Part shown: positions 24,812 to 37,994 of the stretch, in pieces
Layout of the letters: every line of letters starts with the position of its first letter
Position numbering within the stretch: the stretch's first letter is position 1
Source: Laetmonice hystrix
Taxonomy: Eukaryota
Length of the DNA: 64,000 bases
Assembly: GCA_965235115.1 (NCBI GenBank)
Contig: OZ249436.1
Location: forward strand, 52,888,001-52,952,000
Direction: 5' to 3'
The notes under the pieces: model-generated
Seen by the model: only the letters and a program-made list of their open reading frames with translations
Databases searched by the model: none
What the model was told of the DNA's origin: nothing
Position numbers and translations under genes: made by a program

Positions 24812-25388
24812 CCACTGTTCAAAGTCTAGTAGTGTCTCAACCGCTCCGGTTATACTAATTATAGTGACCACTTCTTCCACTCCTTCAGCCAATCTATACA
24901 CTGACAGAACCGTACCTACTGGATCACACTGTAGGAACCAGCTACAATTCTCCACTGTTCAAAGTCTAGTAGTATCTCAACCGCTCCGGTTATACCAATT
25001 ATAGTGACCACTTCTTCCACTCCTTCAGCCAATCTATACACTGACAGAACCGTACCTACTGGATCACAGTGTAGGAACCAGCTACAATTCTCCACTGTTC
25101 AAAGTCTAGTAGTGTCTCAACCGCTCCGGTTATACCAATTATAGTGACCGACAACCCACTTCTTCCACTCCTTCAGCCAATCTATACACTGACAGAACCG
25201 TACCTACTGGATCACACTGTAGGAACCAGCTACAATTCTCCACTGTTCAAAGTCTAGTAGTGTCTCAGCCGCCCCGGTTATACCAATTATAGTGACCGAC
25301 AACCCACTTCTTCCAGTCCTTCAGCCAATCTATACACTGACAGAACCGTACCTACTGGATCACACTGTAGGAACCAGCTACAATTCCA
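24812..25388. repeat. Tandem repeat, 140/148 bp unit, 4 copies
   Basis: Units start at 24812, 24952, 25092 and 25240. Copies 3-4 share an 8-bp insertion (GACAACCC). Confidence 0.97.
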
Positions 25389-25544
25389 CTTACGACCGTA
25401 ATGAGACCAGTCGGGCATTTTCTCCGCCTACCAAACAAAGTGTCTGAAGGTCGACCCAGACTAATGGTTTACCTCTGTGTCTGCAGACTCCGCTATACAT
25501 ATAACCCGTTAACTGACTCGTTTAACATCGCCATAATATCCTCT

Positions 25545-25680
25545 CGGCCTTAACAATCAATAGTCACAGTGTTCCATCGTTATCAAAGTCCAAACGGCCT
25601 TAACAATCAATAGTCACAGGTTCCATCGTTATCAAAGTCCAAACGGCCTTAACAATCAATAGTCACAGGTTCCATCCAAA
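25545..25680. repeat. Tandem repeat, ~49-50 bp unit, ~2.7 copies
   Basis: CGGCCTTAACAATCAATAGTCACAG(T)GTTCCATCGTTATCAAAGTCCAAA. Confidence 0.9.
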
Positions 25681-25922
25681 GAACTTTATGTAGAACATCG
25701 GTTCCTTCATACGTTTAGGTTCTACTTACATAGGAAAACGTCTCAGATTCTACATTTTGGTAGAATGGATTGGGAATTATCGGAATTAGTTCATTCCATT
25801 GTATCAGTTGTCTTCAAATCAAATGTAAGGAGTCGACAGTGAACAGCCCTGTATCACCAAATCTCTTCATAGCTTTTCAAATGAGTATCCAGCAGAAACA
25901 TCAGCCTTAAAACATCATAGTC

Positions 25923-27147
25923 AAAGTCACAGGCTTCCGGTTCTTACAGCTCTCACAATAACAAAGTCACAGCCTTCCGGTTCTTACTGCAGCTCTCACA
26001 ATAACAAAGTCACAGCCATCCGGTTCTTACAGCTCTCACAATAACAAAGTCACAGCCATCCGGTTCTTACAGCTCTCACAATAACAAAGTCACAGCCTTC
26101 AGGTTCTTACAGCTCTCACAATAACAAAGTCACAGCCTTCCGGTTCTTACTGCAGCTCTCACAATAATAAAGTCACAGCCATCAGGTTCCTACAGCTCTC
26201 ACAATAACAAAGTCACAGCCATCCGGTTCTTACAGCTCTCACAATAACAAAGTCACAACCATTCGGTTCTTACAGCTCTCACAATAACAAAGTCACAACG
26301 GTACCATCCGGTTCTTACAGCTCTCACAATAACAAAGTCACAGCCTTCAGGTTCTTACAGCTCTCACAATAACAAAGTCACAGCCATCCGGTTCTTACAG
26401 CTCTCACAATAACAAAGTCACAGCCATCCGGTTCTTACAGCTCTCACAATAACAAAGTCACAGCCTTCCGGTTCTTACAGCTCTCACAATAACAAAGTCA
26501 CAGCCATCCGGTTCTTACAGCTCTCACAATAACAAAGTCACAGCCATCCGGTTCTTACAGCTCTCACAATAACAAAGTCACAGCCTTCCGGTTCTTACAG
26601 CTCTCACAATAACAAAGTCACAGCCTTCCGGTTCTTACTGCAGCTCTCACAATAACAAAGTCACAGCCTTCCGGTTCTTACTGCAGCTCTCACAATAACA
26701 AAGTCACAGCCATCCGGTTCTTACAGCTCTCACAATAACAAAGTCACAGCCTTCCGGTTCTTACAGCTCTCACAATAACAAAGTCACAGCCATCCGGTTC
26801 TTACAGCTCTCACAATAACAAAGTCACAGCCTTCCGGTTCTTACTGCAGCTCTCACAATAACAAAGTCACAGCCTTCAGGTTCTTACAGCTCTCACAATA
26901 ACAAAGTCACAGCCATTCGGTTCTTACAGCTCTCACAATAACAGTCACAGCCATTCGGTTCTTACAGCTCTCACAATAACAAAGTCACAGCCATCCGGTT
27001 CTTACAGCTCTCACAATAACAAAGTCACAGCCATCCGGTTCTTACAGCTCTCACAATAACAAAGTCACAGCCATCCGGTTCTTACTGCAGCTCTCACAAT
27101 AACAAAGTCACAGCCATCCGGTTCGTACAGCTCTCACAATAACAAAG
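25923..27147. repeat. Minisatellite, 40 bp unit (43-bp variants), ~30 copies
   Basis: Unit ACAAAGTCACAGCCATCCGGTTCTTACAGCTCTCACAATA. Confidence 0.97.
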
Positions 27148-30100
27148 AACTCGACACAGATTGAGTGTTTCTTTGTTCCGTTAAGAAACACATGATTTTG
27201 CGGCATTTTTGTACCTCGCTGATTGCCCTATTCCATGGGGCTATGAGTCTGTGACAACCGAAGCTCCGCCTGGAAATGTAGGGGAGAAGGCTTATAACAA
27301 AAATTTTAACCGGCCAATCTATCATTCGTGGCATGCTGGTTCACCAGTACCGCTGGCTGTAGACGACTTGTCCACGTGCGAGGTTCTCACTATATTAGTC
27401 CTGGCTGTGGAGTTCTCTACTCAGTGGCCTCATGTTCACCAAGTCTACGCCAAAGCTGTTTTACCCTTCCCTCAAGTCATCCAGTACAGGGATATTTTTC
27501 ATATTTCTTTCAGGGCTATACAAAGGTCATGGCTCCATCACTGAAGTTAAAGAAGATCACAAAAAAGCTGTACAATGCAAAACTTCTGACAGCTTCGAGA
27601 TTCTAGTCCGCCTGGGTGATGATACATACCAGTTAAAAGTAACGTCAGACTCAGAAATATCAGAGTGTGTGTCGGTGGACGATAAAGTACAGTGGTAATC
27701 TCCGTAGTTGTTTTTATTTACTTAGGTGGCAGATACACAACTCCAGATGATAAAATCTCTGAGATAGGAGTGCTGCCATGAAGACCGGATGCAGAGCTAC
27801 AGGATAAATGTGAGGAATGAACAGTGGTCCGTATAACACCAGCCCTAGGTGTTGTTTCTCATCGTGGTCTGACGCTATAGCCTGGTCGTGTTCACAGTAA
27901 CAGAGAGGGCCCACTGAACACAACATCAATACAGACTGTCCAAGATGTGTGGCTGAATCTTCTCCTTTATATCAGATAGAAAGTGGTGAGAATGCCCCCC
28001 CCCCCTTCATACAGTCCTGTGTCCGAATATCACTTCCTGAAATATTGTTCTATTCAATACTAAACTTGTCTTACCCAAAATATTGTTCGAAAGAATTGGG
28101 AAAACATAATATGACTCAGTGTGTGAGGAGTCGTTAAAACACAAAGACATTTGCAGCTAAATGCTAATAAGCCAATGAGATGCCAGCCAAGCTACTTACT
28201 CTCATTATCCATACAATCTCGGCTGATGCATATCTAAGCCACCATGCCAAATGTCATCAAGCACGTTTGTGTTTCTTTACATTTGTCCGTAATAAGCTGG
28301 GCCAACATTAACTTGGACCAGAAGGTCTACGCAAGCGTACGCTGCTTCCACTTTATAATTACCTCATTATTTTTTTTCAATTTCTTCTTCTTAATTTTTT
28401 TTAGGTGACCGATATTAGACTTCAGCTTGCCCAAGAGAGATCTGAGTTCTGGCGCTACTTGATAGGGTACAAAATTTCAGCATGAAGTTGCTAAAATACA
28501 GTGAATCACTTACTTCAAGTTCTCCATACTCGATAATGACTACAAATTACATCAAACAAATTTGCAGGACTCCACGATGTCTAGCTCATCAGGCTTGATT
28601 CACCATTGACATTACGCAGATTTTACACCGGATGGTATCCAAAACAAGGTTAAGATAGGTCCCAATACCAAATATCAGAACATTGACCTACCACAGTAGG
28701 CCTAGCTCAATTGTGTTAACCTTTGACCGGTGTTTGCAGGGTCCAACACTGGGGCTGTAAATCTCCTTCATGACGCATGTAATCCACTTTGTTTGTTACT
28801 TCCTACTGTACGGCGGCTGTTCCCGGGTAGTGTCGTTATCCAGCAGGCAACTAATTTTGGTGTGCCCATCGTCGTGGGTTGTAATCCACCAAAATATTTA
28901 TTTAACTACAACTGTTAAGTAACAGGTTTAACTAATAAGTTGCCACCTCATTACTGGCGGTTACACAGACCCAATATAATATTGCTTTCCTAGAAAATAG
29001 CAGGTCAAGTTCGTATTCTACGCATTACTGAAGCCTTTGGAGATCTGTTAAAGTCATCATATTAAAACTATATCCAAATATCAAGCATGACCAGACCACC
29101 TGGCCAAGTTTATACTAACCCAATTTTCTCGATTTCGTCCTTGACAAAATTTGCAACGAAATTTGAAATGATGCTATCTCCCAAAGGCGTTTTTTTAAAA
29201 CAAAATGTCCGTTAGTACCGAGTGTATGAGCGGACAGGCTTCCACACAGAGTGAGTCACTCAACATGTAAACGTAAGCCTACATCCGCGTACTTCAAATA
29301 CCGAAACTTATCACGTTTAGATAAATTAACAGTACAGCGGGTAGCAGGAAGATATCGTCTAACAAGTCAATCCTCACCATATCCTAGACGCCCGCCCAAG
29401 TAAAACGTTCAGCTACAGGCTCACCCAGGCCCAAGGGTTCGATCACTCTTCCTGGAGAGCACCTGGTGCCCCCAGGCCAGCACACTGGAGGCGATCCTAC
29501 CGAACCTAGACGGCCTGCTAACAACTCCAGTGGGTAGGGAGGCTCCATGGTGAACTCCAGACGGCGCCTGACCCCGCCAGGTCGGGTAAGTTATTGGAGT
29601 AGGCACTGCTCACCAACTACCTTATAAACGGTTTGAGTGGCCGTCCGAGACTGGCTGGTATTGAGGACTTCTCTCTGTACAGGGGTCCTGTGGAAACTAA
29701 GTAAATCGGCCAGTCATTATGATGGCAGATCAATCTTTTAACATACAATCATGAAGCATACACATATACCTAACACCCAGCGGTGTATAGGCTAGCAAGG
29801 ATTTGCGTACCTTGTGTCCATTTATAGACCGTTTCTAGGAACCACTCTAAAACAAACGTTACAAGAGCCGTCCATCTTCAAATACGTGGCCGCTGAGCGC
29901 CCTCTGTGTCAGGCCGAAGTTTATAACAGGGCCGGGGGTCCAAAATGATGGTTTTCTTTGTCAACAAGGAGTTGGGAAACTGGTTACCCACGGAAAACTC
30001 AAGTCTGTAATAACAAGACTGCAACAAGTGGTACCTAGAGAAAAAGTTCGGCGATACAACCTCACATTAATACAAATTATCTACCTTCATCCACTGCATT

Positions 30101-31137
30101 ACTTCTGTCATACCTCACCAATCTGCGACTTTCTCCAAACATGCGACCACGGATTGCCCAATTACCCAACTATGACGGAGCGAATCATGATGGCCGCCAC
30201 CTCGTGTACAATCAGCATACACTATGACCTTTGCGAATTGCAGAGGGCGTTGGCAATCCCAACTCCACAAATCACCTCGCGAATGTTGGCCCTATCACCG
30301 CAGACATTTATCATACCTGAGAACGGGAAAACCTTGGCTCCCCCCGGCCTGGCAGCCCTCCCCCCGGCCCCCACTCCCTCCCGCCCGCCAGCCGGTCCTG
30401 GTAGCCGTCAATGTCTGGTATTAGACGAGGATTTACCACCCCGGCCTCAGCCACATCATATCGTTTCTCCCCAGTTGTTGGTGGCCATCACACAGCCTGT
30501 CGGTTGGATGATGTGTGACTCGTTATATCCTACTGTGAGAGGTAGACTGTGATAAACGTGAGCGACAGAAATTACGAGTGCCACTGAGGAATCTGATTCT
30601 ATAGCCATCGCCACTGAACCACATAACAGCTCAGGGTTGTTTAGGGACCACTTCATGTGATGTCTATCAAGGTTTGGGACCAGTCTCATGGCGAGTAGGA
30701 CAACTTTTCTGCTTTCTCTCAGAAAGGAAAACTTTAAATCTTTAGCAACTTTAAATCCTCCAGCTTGATAATAGCTTGATGACATTTGAAGGAGGCGGAT
30801 GCGGGAGGGAGTGTGGCAAGACCAAGTCCGATGTCCCATTGGGAACCACGCCAAATGATCTTCACAGTTAACAAGATTAAGCCAAGAACAAATTTGATAC
30901 CCCCTCCACCAGCTTCAACTTCCGGTACAAGCCAATGCCACCCGTCCGACGTCTCTGGTGGCGCCTCCCTCCAGTCACTCCCTCCCTCCCTCCAGTTCCT
31001 TCCTCCCTCCCCCATGGCAGGATATACCCCCATTACAGACTCTGTCTGATCATCATTTCGTTGGGAGCACGGGTTTATCACCATCCTGATGACATAACTG
31101 GGGAAGGAATCAGTGTAAATCAATTATTGCCTGATCC

Positions 31138-31385
31138 CTCCCTGCCAGCCTATCTGAGTTCGGACGGTTCCGACAAAAGCTCCCTGCCAGCCTATCTGAG
31201 TTCGGACGGTTCCGACAAAAGCTCCCTGCCAGCCTATATGAGTTCGGACGGTTCCGACAAAAGCTCCCTGCCAGCCTATATGAGTTCGGACGGTTCCGAC
31301 AAAAGCTCCCTGCCAGCCTATATGAGTTCGGACGGTTCCGACAAAAGCTCCCTGCCAGCCTATATGAGTTGGGACGGTTCCGACA
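31138..31385. repeat. Minisatellite, 42 bp unit, ~6 copies
   Basis: Unit CTCCCTGCCAGCCTATATGAGTTCGGACGGTTCCGACAAAAG. Confidence 0.96.
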
Positions 31386-34300
31386 GGTCTGGCTGTCTCA
31401 CTGCTCAGCCTACCACTCGGTGATTTCTACTTGTCGTGCCCGTCAAACCCGTGGGTAATCCAAACGGCCGGGAGTACAGGCATGTACACACTAACAGAGG
31501 TACACAAATCATAGATTTGGTAAAATAAGTTTTATTTGCTCACCCTCTACAGCGCTGTCTCTCGTATTTACTACCAGGAAAGCCGACTCGGGGCTATGGT
31601 GGTATTTTTGGAGCGACCGCTATAATATTCCTCCACTGATAATGTTAACAGGGGCAGTGGTAGCTGAATGGCGGTAGTGTCAGACAAAGGACGTTCTCAC
31701 AGTTCCATTCTAACATATCAAGTATTGAAAGGCGTCTTGTCCTCTCTGTTCTATTCTAGAGGCGTGTGAAGGTTACAAGGGTATGACAACCGTACCCCAA
31801 AAACCAGTGTAAACTTGCCTATCTGTGTGCCGCTACAGCCAAGTGGACAATAAAAACGTGGCCGGCCGGTGTTGACCTCCCGGCCATACATCTACATGTG
31901 TGATTCCGAGTATGGCGTCACCTTCCCAGGCCCAATGTCCTTTTGTGTTTGATTTATTTTTTCTGGCGCGGCATGGCTGACCAGCAGAGACCACGGAGCG
32001 GCGGATGAAAATGGACATTTGATGTCGGCCTCTGCGCTCAATGAGAAGGTTTACCGAGCCTCGAGCCTGATGAATGGACAGCGCAGACACAGAATTCCCA
32101 GGTTTGGCAGCGCTGAAATTCCTCAAAGGATTCCGTCTGTGCAGACAATGGATGCCACACTTCATTACTGGCGGCAACTGTTGACGAGGCTGTGTGCAGA
32201 CGCTGCCGGACCAGCACTGAGACCCCCGGGGTGACAACAGTAGTAGCGGAATTCTGCCTTCCTTCCCCCGACGTTGGGACGGGTCTGTACGGACGCCGGA
32301 AATGCCAACAACGCAGACAATTTTTCATGGATCCCCCACCCCGCGAGATGACATATCACTTTGAACCCATCTATTACCATTCATGTAAAATCTGACATTA
32401 TATACAAATGGAATCCATAGAGGATTAAACGTTTATGTCCTGTCAAAATATTGAACAGTACTAGTCTAGAGTCTGAGACAAGGACCAAGGTGCACTTTCT
32501 ATAAAAGTTTCAGACACACGAATGTTCCGTTTCCATAATCAATACAATACCATACAGAAACTTCTAGTGAACGTTAAGTGTTGTTTACTGTGAGATACAG
32601 ACCCTTTTCTCTGTGTCTATGACGTCACAATCATCACTTTTTATCGGGCATAAACTACATAAAGAAAAGACACTACAATAAGTTTATTTTGAGATAGGCA
32701 CATTTTACATTACAACAGAATTTCAAAGGCACTATTAGTTGAAAGGTGCATATTTCATACAATCACATGAGCTAACGGCACGAACTTTTTTTCTACTGAA
32801 TGAGAAATCACAGGCTGCCGTTCGCTTCTAATGGACGTTAGATGACGGTAATAGAAAACCACGTGTTAATGGAATCGATGTGCATGCAGTGGAGCCTTGC
32901 TCAAATTCACAATGTTTCCTATATAATCCTCAATAAAGTCAGTGATATCTTCCCCTCTATTATTACTTGATGCATTATACGCAAAGATGTCACATTGAGA
33001 ATCACCACAAGAGGATTCATATTATTATTTAGGTGACAGATCCGAGAAAACAATAACTATATTGTGTTGTCTGTATGGATGACCTGATGTCAGAGTTCAT
33101 ATCAGACAGGTATGTCTGTTTTTTATATGATCTACTTACATGATCCTTGGATCTTTGTATAGAGTATTATACTCTATTTGTGCCGAAGACAAGAGTGAAG
33201 ATAACACAGATTCTTGCCGTATCCCGATGACAGTTTGAGTAAGCTGGCAGTAAGGTTACAGTCTCTGGGACACAGCTGGGACGGGTCAGGGGGCACTTGG
33301 TGCCACTGGGTGACAGCGTCCTTGGGTGTGTCCCCTCAGGAGGCCGCCTTCCACGATCAGGGAACCCCCTCAATCTCTGCGGGATGACCCCAGGCTGGGA
33401 CTGGGGCACATAAGTACCTCATCAACTAACGTCTAGCCGGACCTCCCTACTCATACTATCGACCTCAATCATATAAACCACCCAGTCTCACTTTTACCTC
33501 ACCTATCGTTGCCGATAGCACCCAGCTCCAGAATGTTACAACGCTATCATTATACAGTATCTTATCTAACCGGGGATTTGGACATATACCGAGTAGTCAG
33601 CGCTCCACTGTTCTTAAATGATAAAATTACCAGGATAATAATAACCTACAGTGTACATGTTGCAGCCGATAGGAACATGTCCCACAAGGTCACCCGTATA
33701 TTATACTTCATCATGTACGACTTCCTGATGATGCCTATAACAAATTACGTAATTCCCATAGGGTGTCACAAAAACACATTTCATACTCCTACAATACGCG
33801 GTAGAAGGGGGAAAGGTCATTGGCATTGCATAATTTTTGGCACTTTTCCCTCTTTAACTCTCGGTACATATCAGGATTTCAGCGCTGTCAATTTATATAA
33901 CTGTAAAATCATAACAGCGTGAACGTCTTACCGTTCAGAATCACCAAAGCTTTAGACATGATCGGTGATCACGCCATTTGCTCTGTTCGACTTTGAGACC
34001 TACCAGTATCACCTGGCCAGCCTGCATTGAGAGGGATTCCGTTCTGTGTATTCAGGTCTTAATACAAGTTGCCGTGTCAAATTCAATCAATTCTGTTTAA
34101 ATTAATGCTAGGCATATGATCGTGGTATGATGCTTTACAAAAGTTTGCTTAGCTCGTTCATCTTAGTAAAATGAATTCAGTTTTCAAATATTGTGCTCTT
34201 TTCTATTATGTTGAAGATACTCAACGTACCGATCTGCACGTTCCGTCTCATTCCGCCCTTACAATCGCAGGTTCTTACAAAAACTACACCACCTGAAATA

Positions 34301-34451
34301 CATGAAGTAACGTCCCACATTAGTCATTCCAACAACTACACATCCAACTCAAACAAATCTCCAATTTATTTTTTTTTAAAAACACTCAACTCTTGCTAGG
34401 AGTTGTATCAAGAATGTTGAGACTGGAACGAACCAGTATTACACCTTAATG

Positions 34452-34915
34452 TACTATACTCACGAAATTTAAAAACGCACCTCTCAAATACTTGGGGATG
34501 ATTTTCAAAATAAATTTATTTCATAACAAAACACTATTTGTTTTACCATAACATTATGTTGTTAACAGAAAACAGTATTCATATTCGCTTTTTAAGACGT
34601 TTTTAGTGTCAAAACAAAACAATCGTGGAATGATTGGCATTCATTCGCCTGGCTACGTTTCTTCAGCCTCAAGCAGACCAATGGCTCTGTTCCTCTGTGG
34701 TTCGGTCAGCCGTGGCATTGTGAGGACATCTGTGAAAGATTTCCTTTTGTGGTTCTTTTATAACACTGGACCACACAATTGTAGGAGTTGTCAAAGGGTT
34801 TGTCAACTCACTTGAGGAGTGAGCACTGCTCAACATGGGACGAAAAATGTAAAAAAATGTTAACCAATATTTCTTTAATTTGAAAACAAGAGTGCCGTGT
34901 TTTTAAATTCCATAT
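34452..34915 (-). mobile_element. Internally deleted Tc1-like transposon remnant
   Basis: Degenerate TIRs (AATTTAAAAACGCACCTCT at ~34466 vs AGAGTGCCGTGTTTTTAAATT at ~34889) enclose a transposase N-terminus and an upstream TATAAAA on the minus strand. Confidence 0.55.
34621..34718 (-). pseudogene. Tc1-family transposase N-terminal HTH fragment
   Basis: MPRLTEPQRNRAIGLLEA / frameshift / VARRMNANHSTI matches the Tc1 paired-like HTH start 'MPRL...RxRAIGMLEAG...VARRxNVxxSTI'. Confidence 0.7.
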
Positions 34916-36852
34916 CATTGGTCACCTACTCCCGTAGTCAAGTGGTAACTGGGTCAATTACCACTTAACTACCCCCAAAAAATACAAGCCAAAGTTCGCG
35001 CTAACATGACCTCTAGACCATCCCTTCATAATGGCATAGAAAAACTACTTGCGATGATGTACTCTTTGCGTTCTTTTAGTTCCTCCTCAACCATTCCCAA
35101 CTTTGGGTCGCTATTGAGGGTCGCGAAGATATCAAAGGGATGGGTAGAAAATTATAACTACCGGTATTCCTACAAGCATTTACAAGCAAGCGATAAGAAA
35201 ACTGGTTGTGGAACCACTGTTCTACATGATAACAAGAAAATTCCCAGGGATGCTTTGAGTGCACCACCTCTTGAGGTCAAGGTCATAGGAGGTCAGCAAT
35301 GTCAGGAGTGGCGACACGTGATAGCCACCAACAGTTCCTGCTGTGTTCACTTGATGTCCCTCAGGGCCATATCAGTTTTAAGGGTACTGTATAATATCAT
35401 ATTGCAGAGAAATAATCCCAAGCATTGATAAGCTGTCACACCATTTAAGCCCCACCTTAACCTGTCCGCAACAGGTGACCATGCAGGGTTCGTTTTTTAT
35501 TCAAAAGAATTTGATCTGTCTCTATCACACTTAGGCCCGGTTTCCATGTACGCGAACTGAAAATTCCGCGCGCGATTTTTACGCTTGATTGCAAAGGGAG
35601 AAGTCTGACTGGCAGACGGCTGTATTTATCAACATCTGAGAGCACCTGATCGCGAACTCTTTCCCTGCCCTCCTTTTATTTCCCAAACACAATCTTGTCT
35701 CCAGCTGGGGGCAATGCCACTCTCAATATCTCCACATAGATACCCGTATGTCATAATCCTTTCATCTTTTCAGAAGATACCTGGAAATCACAGCACCGAT
35801 ACACCTAATCATGGAATCTACTAAAAGATCAGTTTCAAGAAATGTCAGACTACCTTTTTCTTTGTGAAGGGGTGATACTATCAGTCTGTGGGGTTGAGAT
35901 AGTAATCCCACCTCAGTCTCCAAACCCCCTCCGTCCCCAATTCTGACCTCAAACTCCACTGAGCCATTATCAATAAGGACGATCTCAACTGAGATCATGC
36001 AGTTTTGACTACAATTTCCTAGTATTTTGTGCAAATACCAAATAGCACGCGTTTACTAATATGACGAGAGAAATAAGGCAAGTACGCCAGATAAAAGTGG
36101 AATATTCTCGACTATCGACGGCGATATACTTTTATTCGAGGCTAGACATTGGGGTAAAAGTAAGCACCACTGAGCTCAGTTGTAATATTAGCTAAAGGTA
36201 ACATTTCATCTTTAAAATATTACTAAAGGCGAAGAAAAAAAACCAGAAACTGAAAACTACATGACTCCTACAAGTGAAGCTAAAGCTCTTAAAAACATCT
36301 TTATACAACCCTAATTAATATAGAACCCGTATACGTGAGAAATCCTGCCTGCAGCCAGGGCACCAGTAGGTGATCATTTCAGGAGGTCGGCGGGAGTTGG
36401 GTTGGGGTAGGGTTGGCCCACGTCACGCTTCATCTCACACCAATACCACGGTAATTATCTACAAAAGTCAGCCATGCTCCGGGGCTGGAGTGCTATTCAA
36501 CCACGACTCCAGGTCCCATCGCTATCTGACCACAGCCAGCTCTGACTGTGCTCTCTGTAAGGATACCTCGGCTCCTCCCTGGCGATCTTTTGGTTAAACC
36601 GTACAAAATTAATGCGAGTCCTCCCCCAGTCATACACGATGGCACTGCTTGGTGTCTTGGATTGGGGTCGGGGTGAGTTTGCAACCCTTCCTTTAAAAAG
36701 ATTCCAATTTTTGAACATTGAACATTGTGATATGGCTCTTTTATGGTAACCCTTCATGCCTTAAGTGAGAATGTCTGGCTGTTACTCTGATCAGGTGCTC
36801 CGGCTTCCTCCCTTTTGGAGTAAAACCCCAGTCTCCATCTCCCACTCACCGC

Positions 36853-36991
36853 CAGGCCCGTATAGCTAAGACTTCTAAAGTCATTTTTATCAAAAGTGGA
36901 CGTTTTGGGTGAAAATAGACTTATAACAAGAAAATATATGCCCGTTTAGGGGGACACTCCCCCCCCCCCCCGCCCCTCGACTAGAGGCCTG
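36853..36991. mobile_element. Degenerate Harbinger-like MITE
   Basis: CAGGCCCGTA ... poly-C ... TAGAGGCCTG termini, the common CAGGCCCGTAG-type short element. Confidence 0.4.
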
Positions 36992-37144
36992 ACCGCTGTA
37001 CTGTGGACTAGGATACAGGCTACGTGCTCCTACAGCAACTCAGCATGGCTAAATTCTGTTTATCATAGGAACATCACAATAATCTACTGACGCCGAGCAG
37101 ATCAGGTTTCTCTTTCCTGCACTCACTTTCAGGCCAGTAACCTG

Positions 37145-37554
37145 CATGTGTGGCCTGATTACATGATGTTGTCAGACTAACCCTATAATAGTTAGTGTCT
37201 TACTTACTCCGGCACAATGAGCATCCATGTGTGGCCTGATTACATGATGTTGTCACACTAACCCTATAATAGTTGGTGTCTTACTTACTCTGGCACAATG
37301 AGCATCCATGTGTGGCCTCATTACATGATGTCACACTAACCCTATAAATAGTTAGTGTCTTACTTACTCCGGCACAATGAGCATCCATGTGTGGCCTGAT
37401 TACATGATGTTGTCAGACTAACCCTATAATAGTTAGTGTCTTACTTACTCCCGCACAATGAGCATCCATGTGTGGCCTGATTACATGATGTTGTCAGACT
37501 ATCCCTATAAATAGTTAGTGTCTTACTTACTCCGGCACAATGAGCATCCATGTG
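37145..37554. repeat. Minisatellite, 81 bp unit, ~5 copies (left part of a split array)
   Basis: Unit CATGTGTGGCCTGATTACATGATGTTGTCAGACTAACCCTATAATAGTTAGTGTCTTACTTACTCCGGCACAATGAGCATC. Confidence 0.97.
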
Positions 37555-37994
37555 CAGACCTCCCAGTGTCCCATTTTTTTTTGCGGGACATTCCCGCATT
37601 TTGATTGTCTGCCCTGCATCCCGCGAACACCCTTAGAAATGCAACATTTGTCCCGGATCTGATTGCTAATGCATAGCCCGCGTTTACATTCTAAAATCCA
37701 CTCACCAAATTGGTTCCCAGTCCAATCTAGTGTCTCATATTCTGTCTGAGAGCCCTAAGTTATAGGCCTAAGCCCAATTGGTATATTGCATAGCCTACTT
37801 CCTTACCAAGGCTAAAAAGGCTACTTTAACATTTGTGAAAATAAACTGGTTTTTTTTACGGTAAATCATAGTTTGAGTTTTGTACTATCTGCTTTGTCCC
37901 TGATGTCCCATTGAATGTAAAAAAAAATCTACAAAATCATGCTGTGTTGGGGGATGATGTCCCACATATAAACAGAATAAGGCTGGCAGGTCTG
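37555..37994. mobile_element. hAT-like MITE (440 bp) inserted in the 81-bp minisatellite
   Basis: TIR CAGACCTCCCAG / CTGGCAGGTCTG (11/12). Flanked by duplicated CATGTG (37549-37554, 37995-38000). Confidence 0.85.

Noticed and set aside
24812..27147. CRISPR-like appearance of regular repeats (also the other arrays)
   Set aside because: Units are head-to-tail with no unique spacers, there are no cas genes, and the context is eukaryotic.
27209..27330. Polinton minor capsid-like motif (NKNFNRPIY)
   Set aside because: Only a short motif resembles it, and no other Polinton genes or termini are nearby.
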